Of a stretch of 64,000 bases of DNA, positions 58,617 through 64,000 are shown piece by piece (position 1 is the first letter of the stretch; every line of letters begins with the position of its first letter). The DNA comes from an uncultured Gemmatimonadales bacterium. Its GTDB lineage: Bacteria; Gemmatimonadota; Gemmatimonadetes; Gemmatimonadales; GWC2-71-9. The stretch is taken from NCBI GenBank assembly GCA_963792265.1, contig CAWBVP010000030.1, positions 4,612 through 68,611 of the forward strand, given 5' to 3'. Position numbers and translations under genes: made by a program. The notes under the pieces were generated by a model, which made no database searches, was not told where the DNA came from, and worked only from the letters and a program-made list of their open reading frames with translations.

Positions 58617-59944
58617 TCGCCTCCTGCGCCGCCCGCTGGCCTTCCTCGACATTCACCAGGTATAGCAGAGCTCCCCCCACCACGAAGAACCCAATCACCG
58701 ACAGGATCGCGTTCCGGCTGGACCCCGTAGCCGCGATGGTGCCGGCGAAGATGAGCGGCCCAAAGATCCCGGCAAACTTTTCGAAGACGCTGAAGAAGCC
58801 GAAGAACTCGCCGGACTTGTGCTGCGGTATCATGCTGGCGAAGAGCGAACGGCTGAGGGCCTGGGTTCCGCCCTGGACCGTGCCGACGAGGCCGGCCAGA
58901 ATATAGAAGTGCGCCGCCGTCTTCATGAAGTATCCCAGAAGGCTGATGGCGGTGTACACCACCAATCCCAGGAAGAGCGCCTGCTTGGTTCCGATCCGCC
59001 CCGCCACCATTCCAAACAAGAACGTGCAGGGGATGCCTACGAACTGGACCAGCAGGATGGCCCCGATCAGCGCGCTCTGCCCAATGCCGATCTCGGTGCC
59101 ATAGGCCGTCGCCATCTTGATGATGGTCTGGATGCCGTCGTTGTAGATCAGAAACGCCAGCAGCAGGAGGAAGGCGTTGCGGTAGCTGCGCAGCTCGTGG
59201 AAGGTCTCGCCCAGCGCGAATGAACGCCACCTTCACCGGGTTCTCCCCCCGGCGCTCGTCGGGCTCGAGCAGCGCCGGTGGCTCCGGCACCCTGCGGAAG
59301 AGGGGGAGCGAAAAGATCAACCACCACACGGCGACGGAGAGAAATGCCAGTCGCACCGGCAGGGTGGCCTGCGCTTCAGTTAATCCCGGTCCCGAGGGCA
59401 GTCCGAACCAGTCGGGACGCTGAATCCACGCGAGATTGAGGGCCAGCAGAATCCCACCGCCGACATAGCCCACGGCGTAGCCGGCCGACGACACCCGATC
59501 GATCTCATTCCGGCGGGCGATGTGGGGCAGCAGGGCTTCGTAAAACACGAAGCTGCCCGCCACCCCCACCATGGAGAGGGTGAACAGGAGGGAGGCCAGG
59601 TCGAGGTCTCCATGATGGATGAAGAACATCCCCAGGACCGCGGCCACCCCGAGCAGCATGAAGATCGCGATCCACCGCTTCTTGTTGGCCCGGTAATCCG
59701 ATACCGCGCCGAGGATGGGAGAGAGCAGCGCGATAATCACCAGGGCGATGCTGTTCACCGTTGCCAGCCGCTGGGTGGCGCCACTCTCCACCAGGTTGGC
59801 GCCGGCGACCTTCACGAAGTAGATGGGGAACACCGCCACCATGATGGTGGTCTGCATGGAGGAGGCGGCCCAGTCGTACATCGCCCAGGCGCGCAGCTCG
59901 GGCCGATCGAGACCCAGACGGGACAGGAGGGAAGATTTCGGCAT
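58594..59944 (-). CDS. MFS transporter, UMF1/Atg22-like; frameshifted
   Basis: [35 protein letters not shown]. Confidence 0.88.
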
Positions 59945-59985
59945 GACGCGGGAAGCTAGGCGGTACCGTGGCCACCCGTAAGAGC

Positions 59986-60929
59986 TCAGGCGGCGAGCCG
60001 TGCCTCGCGGGCGCTGTGGCGGAGCGAGAGCACCACCGCGGCCGTGAGCGTGGTGATGATGACGCCGAGCGAGAGAAGGATGGGGACATGGAACCAGCCG
60101 CTCAGCGTCATCTTGAGGCCGACGAAGACCAGGATGAAGGCGACGCCGGGCTTCAGATAGACGAACTTGTCGAGCATGCCGGCCAGCACGAAGAACAGGG
60201 CCCGTGAGCCCGAGGATGGCAAACACGTTGGAGCTGTAGACCAGGAACGGATCGCGGGTCACCGCAAAGATGGCGGGGATGCTGTCGATGGCGAAGACCA
60301 GGTCGGACCACTCCACCACGAATCAGCACCAGGAGCAGCGGGGTGGCGAGCACTCGTCCGCGGGACGGTGCGGGTGAAGAACCTGGTCCCGTCGTAGCTC
60401 TGGCTCAGCGGCATGAACCGGCGAGCCAGGCGCACCACCGGGATTTCGTTCCAGGTCGACCTGCTCCTGCTTCTGGGTGAACATCCTGATGCCGGTCACC
60501 ACCAGGATGGCTCCGAACACGTAGATGATCCAGCTGAACCGCTGGAGCAGAAACGCGCCCAGGCCGATCATGATCAGCCGCATGACCATGGCACCCAGAA
60601 TTCCCCACTTGAGGACCTTGGGCTGGGCGTCGGACCGGACGCAGAAATAGGAGAAGATCAGCAGGAAGACGAAGAGATTGTCGACGCTGAGCGACAGCTC
60701 GATCAGGTAGCCGGTGTAGTACTCCAGCGCCGATTGGGTGCCCTCCCGCCACAGGATGAACAGGCCGAACAGCAGCGCCAGCACCACCAGCCCGCCGCTC
60801 CAGCTCGAGCGCCTCCTTCAGAGTGAGCGACATGGGAGCGGCGGTTGAGCACCCCCAGGTCAAGGACCAGGAGGGCCACGCACCAGGCCGGTGAAGCCCA
60901 GCCAGACGGCCGGAGGGTGAGCTGCCCAC
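59986..60929 (-). CDS. TerC/Alx family membrane protein; frameshifted
   Basis: [35 protein letters not shown]. Confidence 0.92.
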
Positions 60930-61767
60930 TCAGCGGCTCAGCGCCATGGCCTCGAGCCGGGCAACCCGCTCCGGGGTCGGCGGGTGGGTGCTGAAGAGCT
61001 TGGTGAGCACTCCTCCTTGCGCCGCCAGCGGATTGACCTGGGCCAGCGGCGCCACCGCCGGCGGCACCTGCATCGGGATCTGGTGCGCCAGGGAGTCGAG
61101 CCGGACCAGCGCTTTGGCCAGCGGCATGGGACGGCCCAGGATCTGGGCCCCCACCCGGTCGGCCTCGAACTCCCGTTGCCGGGAGATCGCAAACTGGATC
61201 AGCATCGCCCCGATCGGCGCCAGCAGGATAAGCGCGAGCTGGGCGTACGGATGGCCGTTGTCGTCGTCCCGGCCGCCGCCGAACATGAGCAGGTAGGGCA
61301 GGTTGCTCAGTGCGCCGGCGATGCCGGCCGCGACCGTGGCGATCAGCATGTCCCGGTTCTTGATGTGGGCCAGCTCGTGCGCGATGCACGCCCTCCAGCT
61401 CTTCCTGCGGCACGTACTTGAGGATCCCGGTCGTCACCGCCACGACGGCATGCTCCGGATTCCGTGCCGGTGGCAAACGCGTTGGGCTGCTCGTGCGGCG
61501 CGACGCCACCGTCGGCATGGGCAGGCCGGCCCGCTGCCGCAGCCGATCCACCATGGCGTAGAGCTCCGGCGCCTCCTGGGCGGTCACGACCTTGGCGCCG
61601 TACATCCTCAGGACCAGCCGGTCGGAGAAGAAGTACATGATGAAGTTGAAGATGCTGCCGAACACCAGCGCTGCGATCAGGCCGCTGGAGCCGCCGATCA
61701 GCTGGCCCACCAGCACGAACAGGCCCAACAGCCCGGCCATGAGCACGAAAGTCTTGACGTTGTTCAT
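60930..61767 (-). CDS. htpX: Zinc metalloprotease HtpX; frameshifted
   Basis: NNVKTFVLM, AVTTGIL, HELAH, ISRQREFEAD, FSTHPP; AGGAGG RBS. Confidence 0.92.
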
Positions 61768-61788
61768 AATCCCCTCCTGGTGGGGCCT

Positions 61789-61844
61789 AAAAAAAAGAGC
61801 GAGACCCCGTCCGCTCCGCTTTCGCGTGGACGAAGGTCTCGCTC
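61789..61844 (-). terminator. Intrinsic terminator of the riboswitch expression platform
   Basis: Minus strand GAGCGAGACC...GGTCTCGCTC followed by a T8 run; overlaps the aptamer 3' strand. Confidence 0.88.
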
Positions 61845-61946
61845 TAAGGCTACTGCTGCCTTCCGAATGGACCGTGCCCGCACTTGGCGAACAGTCTTGA
61901 CGATCCATCCGTCCGCCTTGCCGGCGGATAAGCTACTCCCCTTCTA
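61832..61946 (-). ncRNA. yybP-ykoY manganese riboswitch
   Basis: Minus strand GAAGGGGAGTAGC...CGTCAAGAC...GCGAGACCTTC matches the family consensus; a TerC/Alx gene lies in the downstream operon. Confidence 0.88.
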
Positions 61947-62101
61947 CAGCGCAAATCTAATGGCTGAATCAGGTTGACGTCAACCGAGCGGAACCGAATG
62001 GAGGAGCCGTGCTTGACAACCGGGCCAATGAGGCGTTCCGTGGGAACGATCCAGTCGAAGCTCCGCACGGCTCCTTCAGAAATTAGCCTCGAGGCACGCC
62101 A

Positions 62102-64000
62102 ATGTTCGCACCCATGGTCCGACGCGTTTGGCCCGGCCTTCGCCGCATCGCCGCATCTCATTCGCCGCTGGTGCCATAGTCCTTCGGTCCGGCTTCCTCT
62201 GGCCGGGCAGAGCCAGGACGCCATCCTCACCGGCAAGGTCAGCGACGCCGCCAGCAACGAAGCGCTCAGCGGAGCGCGGGTATTCGTGCCCGGCACCGTC
62301 ATGGCGACCAGACCAGACTGGATGGGACCTATCGCCTGCGGCTGCGCCCGGGTACCCACGAGGTCCGGGTGACCTACATCGGCTACGGCGTTGCGCGCGA
62401 TACGGTCTGCAGGCCGAGGCCGGGCCACGTTCACTCACGATTTCCCCCTTACGCGCGAGCCGCTGGCGCTGCAGGAGCTCGCCGTCGTGGGCACCCGGGC
62501 AGCGGAGCGGACCTCGACCGAGGCACCGGTACCGGTGGACGTGCTCACCGCGGCGGAGATCAAGCAGACCGGCCGGACCGAGACGGCCCAGATCATCCAG
62601 GCGCTGGCGCCCTCGTTCAACTTCCCCCGCGCCACCATCTCGGACGGCACCGACCACACCCGGCCGGCCACGCTTGCGGGGCCTGGCGCCCGACCAGGTG
62701 CTGGTGCTGGTCAATGGCAAGCGGCGTCACGCGAGCGCGCTGATCAACGTCAACGGCAGCATCGGCCGCGGCTCCGGCATGGTGGACCTGAACGCCATTC
62801 CGGCCAGCGCGATCGAGCGGATCGAGATTCTGCGGGACGGTGCGGCCGCGCAGTATGGCTCGGATGCCATCGCCGGGGTGATCAACATCATTCTCAAGGA
62901 AGGCGCGCCCAACGAGCTGGGCACCACCTCGGGCCAGACGGTAGAGAGCGACGGCGGAGTTATCCAGGGCGGCGGCAACTACGCGCTGCCACTGGGTGGC
63001 GACGGGGTGCTGCAGCTCGCCGGCGAGTATCGCAACCGGGGCTTTACCAACCGCTCGGCCCCCGATCTTCGGCCCCAGTACTTCGCCGGCGACCCGCGCA
63101 ACAGCGATCCGGCCCTCACTGGCCAGATCAATCACCGGCAGGGTGACGCCGACACCGAGGATGCCGGGCTGTTCCTTAACCTGGCCAAGCCGGTAGCGGA
63201 CGCGACGGAGGTCTACTTCTTCGGCGGCGGCACACTTCGCAGCGGGGAGTCGGCCGGATTCTGGCGTCGCGCCCTGGACGACCGGACCGTGCGGGCCGAT
63301 CTATCCCAACGGATTCCTGCCGCTGATCGGCACCAAGATCTCGGATTTCTCCGGCGTGGCGGGGTTCGGGGCGACCGGGCGGGTTGGCGATGGGACTTGA
63401 GCGCCGACTACGGCCGCAACCTCTTTCACTTCGATGTCCGTAACAGCGCCAACGTGACGCTGGGAGCCGCGAGCCCGACCGAGTTCTACGCCGGCACGCT
63501 GATGGTCGATCAGTTCATCACCAACCTGGACGTGGCCAAGTCCTATGCCGTCGGGCTCGCGTCCCCGCTGAACGTGGCGGTCGGGGGTGAGTTCCGCAGG
63601 GACGGCTACGGTATTACCGAGGGAGAGCCGGACAGCTAGCGGGACGGCGGTGTGCGGATTCTGGATGGGCCCAACCAGGACAGCCTGGCGGCGCCCGGGG
63701 CCCAGGTCTTCCCGGGCTTCCGGCCGGGCGACGCCACTTCACAGAACCGCAACAACGTGGCCGGCTACGTCGATCTGGAAGCGCAGGTGGTGCAGACGGG
63801 TACTGCTCGGGGTGGCGGGACGGGTGGAGCACTACAACGACTTCGGCTCCACCACCGACGGCAAGGTGACCGCGCGCTTCGAGCCGGTGCCCGGGTTCGC
63901 CGTCCGCGGCGGCCATCGCGACCGGGTTCAAGGCCCCTTCCCTGGGCCAGTCGTTCTTCTCGGCCACATCCACCAACTTCATCAACGGGGTCGCCGTTCG
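62102..64000 (+). CDS. TonB-dependent receptor with N-terminal carboxypeptidase-regulatory-like domain; frameshifted, truncated by window edge
   Basis: [56 protein letters not shown]; in-frame TAG at 63637. Confidence 0.9.

Overview
GC-rich bacterial chromosome segment; a Gemmatimonadota-like origin is inferred from gene content only. Many single-base indels split genes, including essential ones, which suggests uncorrected long-read error, so split ORFs are merged here. Housekeeping content: atpZ/I-B-E-F-H without atpAGDC, a lysine/DAP operon, etfB-etfA plus ETF-QO, cstA-ybdD, an isocitrate/isopropylmalate-family dehydrogenase, an acyl-CoA dehydrogenase, two TonB receptors, two CPA1 antiporters, MoxR, an M1 peptidase and several secreted proteins. 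Most notable: (1) a CPA1 antiporter followed by a rhodanese domain with an in-frame TGA at a Cys position (YCA-U-KDEATSARVA) and a SECIS-like hairpin, a probable unannotated selenoprotein; (2) a yybP-ykoY Mn2+ riboswitch heading htpX-terC-MFS; (3) an S8 protease with a nearby stand-alone copy of its own prodomain; (4) an IS200/RAYT-like transposase with nested REP-like palindromes; (5) a candidate leader-peptide attenuator for the DAP operon; (6) a structured atpB-atpE spacer; (7) a helically phased CAAG-like array; (8) dispersed 7-8 nt tandem repeats that invade coding sequence.
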